Positions 1-10,376 are shown, numbered from the stretch's first letter. The stretch: 64,000 nt of DNA from Waterburya sp. (GCA_965217895.1 CBDCJV010000002.1:1-64000), one strand, 5' to 3'. The notes: a model not told the origin generated them from the sequence alone. Program-made: numbers and translations.

Positions 1-218
1 GAAGAAAAAGTAAAACAAACTTAGGTTGGTCTTAATTGTCTTTGGCTTGTTAGCGGCAACTAGCAAGCCATTCATTTTTGTTATTCTACGATAACTCGTT
101 TAAAAAGCAAATTAAGGGGATACAAATGTACATTCACTAATTATTTGTCGTCTTAACAAAATAATGTCATCTAACCTGACAGTCTTAAATCCTTTTCAAC
201 AAAAGACTTTATGTCGAG

Positions 219-244
219 TGGGGGTAGGGAGACTTGAACTCCCA
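219..244 (-). repeat. att site: duplicated 3' end of tRNA-Leu
   Basis: TGGGGGTAGGGAGACTTGAACTCCCA identical to 15358-15383. Confidence 0.95.
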
Positions 245-320
245 GTAGACCGACTAACCAGCGCAATAGCGTTCTCTCAAACGCTTACTCGTTAACCATT
301 GCAAGCAAAGTGAGTAAGAA

Positions 321-1726
321 ATGAGTAAGGATTACACAGACGAGATAGGATACGAGACTTTATTATCTGACTTCAGTAGATACCAGAAGCAAACGCCTAG
401 AGGTGTAGGTATGACTCGCAAAGGTCAAAACATCTACTTGCAGTTTAAGACTCCTAATACAGCTAGAAAGCCTTATGCCTGTGGCTGTACATTTACCACG
501 GGATGGTAGAGGCTCTTAAAAAATCTAACAAAGTAGCGGAGGCGTTAAAAAACTTAGCTTCCGAAGCAGAATTCTGGCAGTGGTACGACAAAGAAATTAA
601 ACAGGAGTCTCAGTTAGCTGATGACAGGCTGACTTTTGGTGAAGCGATCAAAAAGGTAGAGGATGACTTTTGGGATAGACCTAGTAGAACAAAAAGGAAA
701 AGGGATAAAGATAATCCTAGTGACCAGTCAAGCTGGCATGATACCTACGGCAGATTTTACAAATATCTTCCAACCCATAAAACGCTTAACCTAGCTGACA
801 TTCAAAAAGTCATCGATAGACAGAAGAAAGGTACAAAAACTTTTAAAGGTGTCGTTTCTTCTATGAAGCGTTTATGTAGGCTTGCCCATAACCGAGCGTT
901 AATCGACCAATTAGACGAAATAGATGTAATGCAAGTTGAGTACAAAAAGCTTCAGAATATAACATTACAAAGCTTTTTGGAATGGAAAGACAGAGTGCTT
1001 GGAGTTAGCAGCAAGCTTCGTTCAAATGCTCGAATAGACGTAAGAAAAGCTTGGCTGTGGGTTTTTTCTACACAGATAATCTATGGACTAAGAATTCATG
1101 AAGTATTCGCAATATCTAACTTGTATACTCCTTTTGAAACAGAAGACGGCGTGATAATTCCGTCCTTATCAGATGCTACTAACACAAACAACCTAATAGT
1201 TGTATCTGGTTTCACCGCGACTAAAACTACAACTAAAACAGGCTACAGAATAGCGCGTCCTAATATTCCGCCTGCCTATCCTAACCTAATAGACTTGCTA
1301 GATATTAAAAATCCTTTGCTACCAGAAATTGGCGTACAGAATGGTAGCGATAGAGCTAAGGCAAATTATTACAACAAAAGTGCTTATAAAAAACTACTTA
1401 AGTGGAATGCTCCTTTTACCCAGACACACGCTTTACGGCACTTGGCTAATATCAACGGGATACAGGCGGGGATACCTCAAGAAGTTAGAGCGCAATCGAT
1501 GGGACATACAGTACAGATGAATGAATCCGTCTACAAGAAAAGACAATCAACGCAGACAACTATCGATTTGTTACTTAACTCCAACCAGAATGCTATTGAC
1601 TTCGTTACTGCACTAGCTTCTGTTAAGAGGCTCTGCGCTGCCTCTCCTGAAGACAAAGAGATATCAGCTAAAATACTGTCAATCGTCTACCAGAAGGACA
1701 AGGAAGGGATTCTTGCGCTACTATAG
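321..1726 (+). CDS. Tyrosine recombinase/integrase, split by an apparent -1 frameshift near 500 (ORFs 321-509 and 503-1726)
   Basis: YGLR, HALRH, SMGH and Y motifs; adjacent to att; the two ORFs overlap in different frames. Confidence 0.85.
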
Positions 1727-1769
1727 GTGCATTACTGGACTAGGTATATATTAAACCAATATGCTTATC

Positions 1770-1800
1770 AAAAAGAGGCTCTCTAACAGGAGTCTTTTTT
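1770..1800 (+). terminator. Probable intrinsic terminator after integrase
   Basis: aaaagaggctct-ctaac-aggagtc-tttttt imperfect hairpin with T tail. Confidence 0.5.
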
Positions 1801-2151
1801 ATTGTTTGTCTGCACCTTTGGGTGCAAAGAGGTGCTTACAAATCAAGGTTAGCTTTAATTTAATAAAGTACAAGATTATTCTCTTTGCAAGAATAGCATC
1901 TCAGATTAAGCGTATTGAGTCAAACCCAATCAGCAAGCGATGGCATTATACCTCTTCACCTGCGAACGTAAAGTGTTTCTCGTACCTCAAAAACCTGCGG
2001 TCAAGCACTTGACTTTCTTCGGCTTCGAGCCATTTTGTAACCATCGCTGATTAGGGTGTTTCGTGACTGTTTTTAAGAGCAATAGAAGCAGAAGGTGAAA
2101 CAGTAAACTTAGTACATAATTGCTTAACAGTAGAAGCTGAGAGACAAAGCT

Positions 2152-2637
2152 ATGGAAGAGAATAAGACGGCGATCGCGGGATACTTCGATATTACAGAAG
2201 AGGAACTGATAAGCGAGTATGCGGACAAACATAGGATGACTAGATCTGAAGCTTTAGAGGCTCTGGTTAAGAAAGGTGCTGGGATTATTGACGAGACACC
2301 AAAGAGTCTGATGGAGGATCGAGACTTCGATGCGTGGAGGCTTGTAGCAGAAGACGGCATTATGGCTGCTAATAAGCTAGCAGTACAGGTACTGGAGAGG
2401 ACAAAGGAGTTAGAAGAGCAAGTAGCGTATTTAGAGTCTGAACTAGACAAGATTAAGGCTTTACAGCAAGACGAAAATGCGAAGTATTTGAATGATGAAC
2501 GTATCGCAGCCATAACGGGACAAAGTGAATGGAAGGTCAAGCTGTGGCGACACGGTATTCAAAAACCCAGGGGGAAAATAATCAAACGGAAGTTAGAAGC
2601 TTATGCGGTAAAAGATGGTGTTTGGGTGAAGAGGTAG
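2152..2637 (+). CDS. Putative RHH-like DNA-binding protein with coiled coil
   Basis: IAGYF...EYADKHRMTRSEALEALVKKG resembles a ribbon-helix-helix; heptad-rich middle. Confidence 0.55.
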   Translation: MEENKTAIAGYFDITEEELISEYADKHRMTRSEALEALVKKGAGIIDETPKSLMEDRDFDAWRLVAEDGIMAANKLAVQVLERTKELEEQVAYLESELDKIKALQQDENAKYLNDERIAAITGQSEWKVKLWRHGIQKPRGKIIKRKLEAYAVKDGVWVKR

Positions 2638-2720
2638 GTAGGCATATCTAAAAAACGTACAACGAAGTGTACAACGCTTTCTGGAAATGCCTATAAACTC
2701 GTTGGTGTTTTTAGGTTATT

Positions 2721-4877
2721 TTAGTTGTCTTCAGCTAGAGCGGGGTCAAAGTCAATGTCGTTAACATCTGTTTTAGTCTGAACATCTTCCTTAGCCAAGT
2801 CTTTCTCTTCTTTCTTGAGATCTAAGGCGGTGTTAACCTCATTCTTTAGCACCTCTCTTTCTGACTGTAGCTCTGCAAAGCTCTCTCTGATTTCAACTAC
2901 CTCACTACTTACCTCGCCTATTCTGTCTGCCTTTTCTGTGAACTCCTCTACATTCTCAGTCAGACCCGACAGCTTACGCATTGCTCTGTTCTGAGGACTG
3001 TATTTTTCGGACATCTCTTCATAGGCATCTTCGTAAACCGCTCCAGCTTCCCTGAGAGCGTTACCTATCTTACCTGTATTAGTAGCCGAAGCCTCTGCGA
3101 TGTTTCTAGCTGAATCAAACAGACTGAAGGTTAAATCAGCTAAGTTAGCAGCTGATTGGTAGACACGACTATAAGATGCCAGTTTAGCAGTGAGTGCTTC
3201 GTAGTTTCCAGCACCTAATATTCTTTGCATCATCTGAGTTAGTTTTTCACTGACTATCTGTTGGACGTCAAACGGTTTACCTTCCGAGTCTTTAAGCCCC
3301 ATGGCTTGAAGCGTGACGGTAGCAACGTCAGCAAGACTGTTCCCCAATCCTCTAGACAGCATTACCCCGTTATGAATAACTACCGCTGTTGTAAGCGCAT
3401 TGAGGATCTTGTCTCCGTGGGTAGCCTTCCAAGCGGTACTAGCGAATTTTTGTATTTTAGACAGACCATAATCGGCATGAGAAACTATGTCTCTTGTTGT
3501 CGTAGTAGTTGTATCTATTCTTCTAAGTAGAGGATCTTGTAGTAGCAAACCATTTAATAAGCCTGTAATATTTAGCAACCCTGGTGAACCTGGTGCTAAA
3601 GCTCTATTTGCACACGAACCAGCACAGTCATCTGTCGCGGTTTGATTGGGTGGCTTGACAGGGGGGATAATTGGCGGAGGGAATGGTTTAGGGTCGTTAT
3701 CTGTAATTTTTTCTTGCTTAATCGAAGGGGGTGGAACAGGATTAGGAGTAAAAATAATAATATTGTTTTTAGGCTCGGGGTCGGGAGTCTTGGTAATTTT
3801 TACTGGTTTGGGGTCGGGAACTGGTGTAGGCGTTGGGTTTAATATTTCAGAAGGATTTACAGTAATCTTAATAATTTTTCCATCTGAATCCTTGGTCGTA
3901 ATTCTCTTGATGTATTTTTTGCCAGGAACGAGATCGGGGTATTCATTCTTTTGTCCTTGTTTTTGTTCGATTATCTCTTTAGTGCCACCATTAATTTCTG
4001 GCTTTATTTCTGGCTTTGGCTCGGGGTCGGGTATAGGAACAGGTGTAGGAGTAGGTAATATGCCTGGCTTATTACTTATTGTCGGTAGAGGAATAAAATC
4101 AATCTGAGGATACTGGTTATTACCAAAGCTAGGCAGCTTACTAAATCCTGCAAATTGCCATTCTTTAGCTCCAAGCAGATCGATTAAGGCTAATCCTGCT
4201 GCAAACTGATTATTAGCTTTGGTTTTAATATCTTCTTGTATTTCGGGCTGAGGGATATTGTCAACTGTAATAAACCTTTGTCCCCATAGACCGCTAGTAC
4301 CACCCAGGTAGATAGTTGTTATTACACCTAAAAAATCAACGACCTCAACATAATAATCAGCATTACGTTCACCTGCTGGTCTTGAATCGTATTTACCTGT
4401 GCTGGGATAGTAAACGTAGGTAAAAAATTTATTATCGGCTGGATAAGAGGCAATCCCTTTGTAGAATGCCTTTAATCGCCAAGACTGGATGCCGTTAAAC
4501 CGATCTGAGTTGACCCTTACGTAGTCATTACCCCATGTCACCACGCCGTTATTAAGATTAGCTTCTCGATAAACAAAGCGATAATAGGTGTCACGCGACT
4601 GGGGATAGCTTTTTGTGCCTATTTTTTGCTGCTCGTCAATCTGCGTAATCCATTGAGGGATCGTTCCGTCGCTCAAGGGCTTGTTATTAAAGAAAAAATC
4701 AAGAAGAACTAAAGCAGGGATTCCTAGAAGCTTACCTACCCCCTTGAGCAACACAGGTGGTTTTGGTGGTTTGGGGATAGGACTTCTAAAGCTTTCGTAA
4801 ATACTAGGGGGTTCAGTCGTGACGACAAATCTAGTTTGCCCCCCAGGTGTTTTGACAAATTTTGAATAAATGCCCAT
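2721..4877 (-). CDS. 718-aa hypothetical protein, Pro-rich linker and coiled-coil C-terminus; possible virion/adsorption protein
   Basis: Long ORF; PTPTPVPIPDPEPKPE tracts; hydrophobic N-terminal patch. Confidence 0.6.
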   Translation of the reverse strand: MGIYSKFVKTPGGQTRFVVTTEPPSIYESFRSPIPKPPKPPVLLKGVGKLLGIPALVLLDFFFNNKPLSDGTIPQWITQIDEQQKIGTKSYPQSRDTYYRFVYREANLNNGVVTWGNDYVRVNSDRFNGIQSWRLKAFYKGIASYPADNKFFTYVYYPSTGKYDSRPAGERNADYYVEVVDFLGVITTIYLGGTSGLWGQRFITVDNIPQPEIQEDIKTKANNQFAAGLALIDLLGAKEWQFAGFSKLPSFGNNQYPQIDFIPLPTISNKPGILPTPTPVPIPDPEPKPEIKPEINGGTKEIIEQKQGQKNEYPDLVPGKKYIKRITTKDSDGKIIKITVNPSEILNPTPTPVPDPKPVKITKTPDPEPKNNIIIFTPNPVPPPSIKQEKITDNDPKPFPPPIIPPVKPPNQTATDDCAGSCANRALAPGSPGLLNITGLLNGLLLQDPLLRRIDTTTTTTRDIVSHADYGLSKIQKFASTAWKATHGDKILNALTTAVVIHNGVMLSRGLGNSLADVATVTLQAMGLKDSEGKPFDVQQIVSEKLTQMMQRILGAGNYEALTAKLASYSRVYQSAANLADLTFSLFDSARNIAEASATNTGKIGNALREAGAVYEDAYEEMSEKYSPQNRAMRKLSGLTENVEEFTEKADRIGEVSSEVVEIRESFAELQSEREVLKNEVNTALDLKKEEKDLAKEDVQTKTDVNDIDFDPALAEDN

Positions 4878-5185
4878 TAGTTTGCTTTGTAGGCTGCGGG
4901 TAGCTGAGTATTGCTAAACTCCAGTGCTTTCGTCCAAAGCTTTGCCGTATTGTCTTCTGCATAATCGGCTGCTACTTCCAGGCTCAATCTGCCAATAAAC
5001 CTAATTTTTCCATCATCAGCCTGTACCAAAGCGGTTTGCGCTACCTTCTCGGCTGTCTGGTCGGCGATTTCAATGACTGCTAAAGTTGGATTTACTCTTC
5101 TCAATGCCATACACGACCACATAGCTAGGCGTTCTAAAGTATTGATTTGACTTGGAATATCGGTAGCAATGTTAATTTGAGTCAT
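4877..5185 (-). CDS. 102-aa hypothetical protein, translationally coupled to the 718-aa ORF
   Basis: Stop overlaps next start (TAATG). Confidence 0.65.
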   Translation of the reverse strand: MTQINIATDIPSQINTLERLAMWSCMALRRVNPTLAVIEIADQTAEKVAQTALVQADDGKIRFIGRLSLEVAADYAEDNTAKLWTKALEFSNTQLPAAYKAN

Positions 5186-5254
5186 TATTTAGATATCTTT
5201 TGGGTGTAACTAAGGTTAGTATTCAAACAAGTACTAATGTATCATAGACAAAAG

Positions 5255-5584
5255 GTATTTTGTTTTCAAAGCAAGGTACAGGTAAGACTAGGTTAGCTAG
5301 TAAGTTTCCAAAAGACCTTTTACTTAATTTACTACTACTAATTCTTAAATAATCAATAGTATTTTTTAATATATTATTTTTATTCTGGGAGTCTAAGGAA
5401 GAAAGTAAAAGTGACTTAAAGCTATGAGTAGAAAAGGGTGGAGTATAACGGATATCTAGCGGGGTATTACTAGGGCTATTTTGGGCAGGTGAAAACTACT
5501 GGTTGCTATTTTGATTGTTTGGATTTATCATTGTCTTTGTGTAAAGAAAGTTGGTCTTGTTTAACAGGGCTTCTTTTTTTTTGC
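5255..5584 (-). pseudogene. Truncated 5' fragment of the rep gene found at 46663-47703
   Basis: 330 bp nearly identical to 47367-47696. Confidence 0.9.
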
Positions 5585-5588
5585 CTAT

Positions 5589-6038
5589 TTATCGGAAACC
5601 GACTTTTCTTATTTTGTTTTCTACCTGATAGCAGTTATAAGCACCTTTTAAGCTGATAGCAGAGTGAATAGTGTTTTGATAGCTTCTAGCTCTTTCACCA
5701 CTAGACCAGGATTTGTTTTTTTCTAACGTGGTTAATCCTCTACCAGTAAGTTGAATTAATTGGTTAAATTCCTCTTTACTTAGCTTCTCAAAAGTAAAAC
5801 TTAACCAGTCTAAATGGTTATGAAATACGCAAAGAGATTTGTCTATAAAGTTATTATTTTGTAACTCATTACTAGCAGTAGGTACAGATGATTTGTTGGT
5901 TGTAGTAGGTGTAGTGTTTGGGATATCTAATCGGGTGTTACTAGCTAATTCTCCCAAGGGTGCTTTTAAATTGTTGCTATTTTGACTGGTATTTAAATGA
6001 TGAAAGAGTCTGGTTTGTAACCATCCTCTTGGTAGCAC
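5589..6038 (-). pseudogene. Probable N-terminal fragment of a second Rep_trans-like initiator
   Basis: HLDWLSFT and YQNTI segments parallel TIDYLRIS and YQNSI of the 346-aa Rep; ends early. Confidence 0.55.
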
Positions 6039-6275
6039 TAGAAAGCTTTTGTTATCGAACTACAGTATCTTAAGAAACAATTAGATAGACAGATAAAAAA
6101 ACAAAAGACAGATAAAAAGTTTAAAAACAAGAATCAGTAGTTATCCCTACGCGTTTTTAGAGCGTGCCTGTTTCTTATCACGTTTTTAGAGTGCGCATCT
6201 ATTGGAACAACAGAAACTAAACAAAATATTAACACCTGAAATTAAAAGTTAGTATGAATATACCAATTAGAACAG

Positions 6276-7094
6276 GTGAGGAACGAACTTGTGAGTAAAC
6301 CAGATGTTGAAATGTTTCAAAGTTACTGTAGAACTTACTTTAACAAGGCTATAAACAAGCACTTTAGAGACGTTGACGGTAGTGATGACGCTAGCCTTAG
6401 CACGGCTGCGCCAAGACAGCTAATTAAACGTATTTGTCTACATAAGGACACCGATACAATGACTCTTACGTTAGCCAGGATGTTAACCTGGTGGGTAGAA
6501 GCGGGAAACTTATTAGATGAATACGTTTACGGTATTCCTAGCACTGACTTTGAGATTTCTAATACCTACTATCCACAGGTAAAGCTTCACTTTAGAGAGG
6601 ACAAATATGAGGCTTCCGATAATGAAAGAAGACCAGCTAGGAGCGAGGTAAGTTTTAGGTGGAGAGAAGAAGATTATACGACAACAAATATTAATCGACT
6701 GGCTTTAAAAATACTAAATGATTTTGCTAGACCTGTTTTTTTCTACAGAAAAGGCAGACAGTTGTGGAGTTATGCAGACAAACAGAAAGGTTACTTTTTT
6801 AGCGTCACTACAGATGACGAAACGGACGCCAAGAAAATAATCGAGCAGGCAATTAGGATACAAGATGACAGCGAACCAGACTGGGATAATTTTCTCAGAT
6901 ACCACGAAGACAAAAAAAATTACAATGTACCTGGAACAGTACGAGTCATGGGCGATGTAGTCAGGAAGCCAAAACGAAGACCCGTAGCCACAGTTAAATT
7001 TGCTTATGCAGAATTATTTATTCCAGGATTGACTCAACCGCTTATTTTAGTAGACAGAACGGGGACAAAAGCAAGAACGATCGAGGTTGCTTAA
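6276..7094 (+). CDS. 272-aa hypothetical element protein
   Basis: Long ORF, first of the rightward gene block. Confidence 0.7.
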   Translation: MRNELVSKPDVEMFQSYCRTYFNKAINKHFRDVDGSDDASLSTAAPRQLIKRICLHKDTDTMTLTLARMLTWWVEAGNLLDEYVYGIPSTDFEISNTYYPQVKLHFREDKYEASDNERRPARSEVSFRWREEDYTTTNINRLALKILNDFARPVFFYRKGRQLWSYADKQKGYFFSVTTDDETDAKKIIEQAIRIQDDSEPDWDNFLRYHEDKKNYNVPGTVRVMGDVVRKPKRRPVATVKFAYAELFIPGLTQPLILVDRTGTKARTIEVA

Positions 7095-7211
7095 AAAAGT
7101 GTGCGCCCTTAAAGGTCGATTCTCTAATCAGTTGCCAGTCAAATCATTTTCATTCAAAGACAGATAGGTTAGAAACAAAGTGTAAATATATAAAAATAGC
7201 AATAATTAGAT

Positions 7212-7775
7212 ATGGCTAGAAGATTTAGTAGATTAAAATATGCCTTGACCACTTTGCGTACTCCCAACTCAAACGCCCCCACTCCCGATGCCCCTGCTAA
7301 TACAATTGCCAGAAACTTTCAAGACTTTGCTTCTGGGAAAACTAAGTTAGTTTATTCCAGAGACGATAATAGCAATCCTGGTGAAATTTTAAAAACAGGC
7401 ATTTTACCTTTTTTCTTCGGTGGAAACCCTGCGAATGGTGCAATCGTAGCACTTTCAAAACGAGCAGATGAGAAAGCGACTCTGGACTCTGTACAAAGTG
7501 CTTGTAATCATGTTACTTACGACCCAGAAAGTCAAACCAAGATACAGGGCTTTAAACCTGCGCAGGTAACTGTATTTGATTACGGAACAGGTTCGGCATC
7601 ACCAACTAGTCAAATTACGGGCATTAAATACAGCAAGAGAATCGGCAATTCTTTTACCTTCCCGTATGGTGCATCGGCAACAGAAAAAGCAGAAAACAAA
7701 GTTAGAGGGGATATACTTATTGCTGTCGAAGCACTTACGACTGCTTCAGCTAGTTTTCATTCTGAGAAGTATTAA
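7212..7775 (+). CDS. 187-aa hypothetical protein, candidate structural protein
   Basis: Basic N-terminus (MARRFSRLK), Gly/Ser/Thr/Ala-rich body. Confidence 0.6.
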   Translation: MARRFSRLKYALTTLRTPNSNAPTPDAPANTIARNFQDFASGKTKLVYSRDDNSNPGEILKTGILPFFFGGNPANGAIVALSKRADEKATLDSVQSACNHVTYDPESQTKIQGFKPAQVTVFDYGTGSASPTSQITGIKYSKRIGNSFTFPYGASATEKAENKVRGDILIAVEALTTASASFHSEKY

Positions 7776-7777
7776 AA

Positions 7778-8014
7778 ATGCTTGATAGGGCAATAGAGCT
7801 AATTATCCCTGGTGGTAGTACTAGGGATATGAACGACAGTGATCTAGACAGATTAATGGACACCTATGCCATAGTCGAAGTAGCCAAGGACGATTTTTTG
7901 GCTCAGAAAATTAGCTTTCAGGAGTACATCGATTTACTTGAAACCGCTCAAGTGAACATCGACGGCTATCTAGAAACTATTGAAGGCAATCTAGAAGAAA
8001 TGAAATTGGTATAG
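7778..8014 (+). CDS. 78-aa acidic hypothetical protein
   Basis: Tightly packed in operon. Confidence 0.6.
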   Translation: MLDRAIELIIPGGSTRDMNDSDLDRLMDTYAIVEVAKDDFLAQKISFQEYIDLLETAQVNIDGYLETIEGNLEEMKLV

Positions 8015-8020
8015 CCAGTT

Positions 8021-8755
8021 ATGCCAGCAGGACAAGACTTAATATTTTTTGATAACTCTGAAGATTGGAGGATTGTAGCCGATGCTAGTAGAACAGCTAC
8101 TATTATCAATGAAAATTCTCATACCCCTATACCTCCTATCGACCTTGGCGTTAGCCTTTTTTCTGACTATATTGCTGTCGTAGCTACAACAGGCTCGGGC
8201 AAACCTAGCTGGCAGTTTGCAGGAGATATCAGGCAAGTTTACAATTTTGTACCTGGTGGTAATAGCCCCGTAACGAGTGTTCTTCAAAGTCTTCCGACCC
8301 GCTTGTTTATTAACAAGCTACAGATAGTCGAAACAAACCGCATTAGTACCGATAGGTTTAGGCTTAGGTATACACCGCCGTTTTGGTTTAAAGATGTGGC
8401 TATCAGGGTTTACGAATATACAGGTGACACGCTTAACTTCGTCGAGGATGCTTTGTTCGGCATTGGTAATGTGCTAGGCATCGATCCAAATCAACCCAGT
8501 GGTTTGATTGAGGCACAACTAACGGTAATTGAGGAATTGATAACGGATAAATTTAGGGAACTAAGCGAGAGGGAAACTTCCCAGATACAGCTTGATGACT
8601 TTAGAGAAACGCAGCTTAATACTCGGATTAGTCAAACAGACGCAGGATTATATACCTTGGCTGAGGGATTAGCTGCGCTATTGCCACCAGACCAAGGACA
8701 GGCTTTAAGACAAGTGATTGGCAGCAGACTACAAATAGATTTAGGGTTTTTATAA
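8021..8755 (+). CDS. 244-aa hypothetical protein (beta-rich N-terminus, helical C-terminus)
   Basis: Operon packing; stop/start overlap with next ORF. Confidence 0.65.
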   Translation: MPAGQDLIFFDNSEDWRIVADASRTATIINENSHTPIPPIDLGVSLFSDYIAVVATTGSGKPSWQFAGDIRQVYNFVPGGNSPVTSVLQSLPTRLFINKLQIVETNRISTDRFRLRYTPPFWFKDVAIRVYEYTGDTLNFVEDALFGIGNVLGIDPNQPSGLIEAQLTVIEELITDKFRELSERETSQIQLDDFRETQLNTRISQTDAGLYTLAEGLAALLPPDQGQALRQVIGSRLQIDLGFL

Positions 8756-9288
8756 TGGAAAGTTCGATTAAAAAAGATATTATTCTCAATGGCACTGACT
8801 CGATTGCTGTATTTAAAGAAGATGGGTTGGTTTACAGAGCTAAGGAGTTGGAAAGCTATACGCCGATAGTGTTTTATGACTTGAAAGCAAACAAACAACA
8901 CCAGTTTGACTTAAAAGATATTTTGGGCAAGGAGTACTTGGTAGTAGCAGCAGGTAGCGACGTTGAATCTGATGATGACTTTATTAGTGTTTCTGATATA
9001 GACGCCAATAACGCAGGTTATGCAAGTTGTTATTTTTCAATTGTGAGGCTAGAAAAGAGAGTATTTTGTCGCTCTCTACTGCCTACTAAAGAATTTATCG
9101 ACCAAAACTTTATTACTTTAACTCCAGGGGATACGGTACTAATTTCTCCATTAGCTAACTTGAATTCGTTAACACTTTACTGTGTACCTATCTATCTAGA
9201 AAAAACAATAACAGTATCAGGAGTAATAATAAATGAACCTGTCGATCAAGGAGATGCGGGAACGGGCGATGGCAGCGATAACAAGTAG
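8755..9288 (+). CDS. 177-aa hypothetical protein
   Basis: TAATG coupling to previous ORF. Confidence 0.6.
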   Translation: MESSIKKDIILNGTDSIAVFKEDGLVYRAKELESYTPIVFYDLKANKQHQFDLKDILGKEYLVVAAGSDVESDDDFISVSDIDANNAGYASCYFSIVRLEKRVFCRSLLPTKEFIDQNFITLTPGDTVLISPLANLNSLTLYCVPIYLEKTITVSGVIINEPVDQGDAGTGDGSDNK

Positions 9289-9859
9289 AACATCTGATGA
9301 CGAATGCCTGAGTGTTGATTACCTAATCGATACCGAAGCAAGAAAAGTTTTAAACCTCCCCCCTAGACCTAAAGGAGCTTTGCCTTATGTTGGCTGGATG
9401 ACACAGCCTGATGAAAAAACGATTAAACCTAATAAGACTTCGCAGATTGGCGTAAGCCTGATCAAGAAGTGGGAAGGCTTAAGAACCAATGCTTATCTTT
9501 GTCCCGCTGGTGTCTGGACTATTGGTTATGGACACACTAAGGGAGTAAAGCAAGGACAGATGATTAGTCACCTTGAAGCTGAAAACCTTCTTATAGAGGA
9601 CTTGAGAATTTACGAACAAGCTGTACTCAGGCTTGTAGACGTGCCTTTAAATCAGAATCAGTTTGATGCCTTAGTTAGCTTTACCTTTAACGTAGGTATT
9701 GATGCGTTTAGTGAATCTACTTTGCTTAAACTACTCAATCAAAAAGACTATCAAAGAGCGTTTAATGAGTTTAGCCGTTGGACTAGAGCAGGAGGAAAAC
9801 TTTTGCCTGGTTTGGTTAACCGCAGAAAAGACGAATGCAATTTATTTATAAAGCAATGA
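9233..9859 (+). CDS. Phage lysozyme (GH24 endolysin); start uncertain
   Basis: LIKKWEGLR..AYLCPAGVWTIGYGHT, NQNQFDALVSFTFNVG, LPGLVNRR. Confidence 0.93.
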   Translation: MNLSIKEMRERAMAAITSRTSDDECLSVDYLIDTEARKVLNLPPRPKGALPYVGWMTQPDEKTIKPNKTSQIGVSLIKKWEGLRTNAYLCPAGVWTIGYGHTKGVKQGQMISHLEAENLLIEDLRIYEQAVLRLVDVPLNQNQFDALVSFTFNVGIDAFSESTLLKLLNQKDYQRAFNEFSRWTRAGGKLLPGLVNRRKDECNLFIKQ

Positions 9860-10257
9860 TTACTAAAGGTTTTACTCGACTACCTCCATTAAGCTTGAAT
9901 TTGCTTTCTGGAGGTGTTTTTGTGTTTATCGTTTGTTTAGGTATACGGGTTGCTCGTGCGCCTGAAGTCGGCTTAAAGGTAGCGAATACTCAGCTAATCA
10001 TTGGCAGCAGTGCGAACAAACTTACAGAAGTAGCAGCTAAGCTAGATAGTCAGGCTGAGATTATTAGGCAAAAAGACGAGGCTTACGAGAAGCTAAGAAA
10101 GGTTTACGAGGAGTCTTTAAAAGGACAGGAAGGGTACGGAAGATTACAGGGAGCGATAGAAGAGATTCAGGAATTGCCAGAGGTAGAAAATACAGAAGAG
10201 ATAAAAACAGAAATATCAGCTACTAAGAAAATTATTAAGCAGGTAACTAGTGAGTAG
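9856..10257 (+). CDS. Membrane-anchored coiled-coil protein, spanin-like by position and topology
   Basis: One N-terminal hydrophobic helix then coiled coil, directly after lysozyme (ATGA overlap). Confidence 0.5.
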   Translation: MITKGFTRLPPLSLNLLSGGVFVFIVCLGIRVARAPEVGLKVANTQLIIGSSANKLTEVAAKLDSQAEIIRQKDEAYEKLRKVYEESLKGQEGYGRLQGAIEEIQELPEVENTEEIKTEISATKKIIKQVTSE

Positions 10258-10376
10258 ATGTATATCTGAAAAACGTTGAACGATGTGTTGAACGCTTTTA
10301 GAAGATGTTCTTAGAAGAGAGAACAAGTAAAGTTTTTATATAAGTGATTATTTCCCTGTGGCTACGCCCACCCACC

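Noticed and set aside
3261..4107. Plus-strand ORFs including a Gly-rich 153-aa ORF
   Set aside because: Antisense shadows of the Pro-rich 718-aa gene
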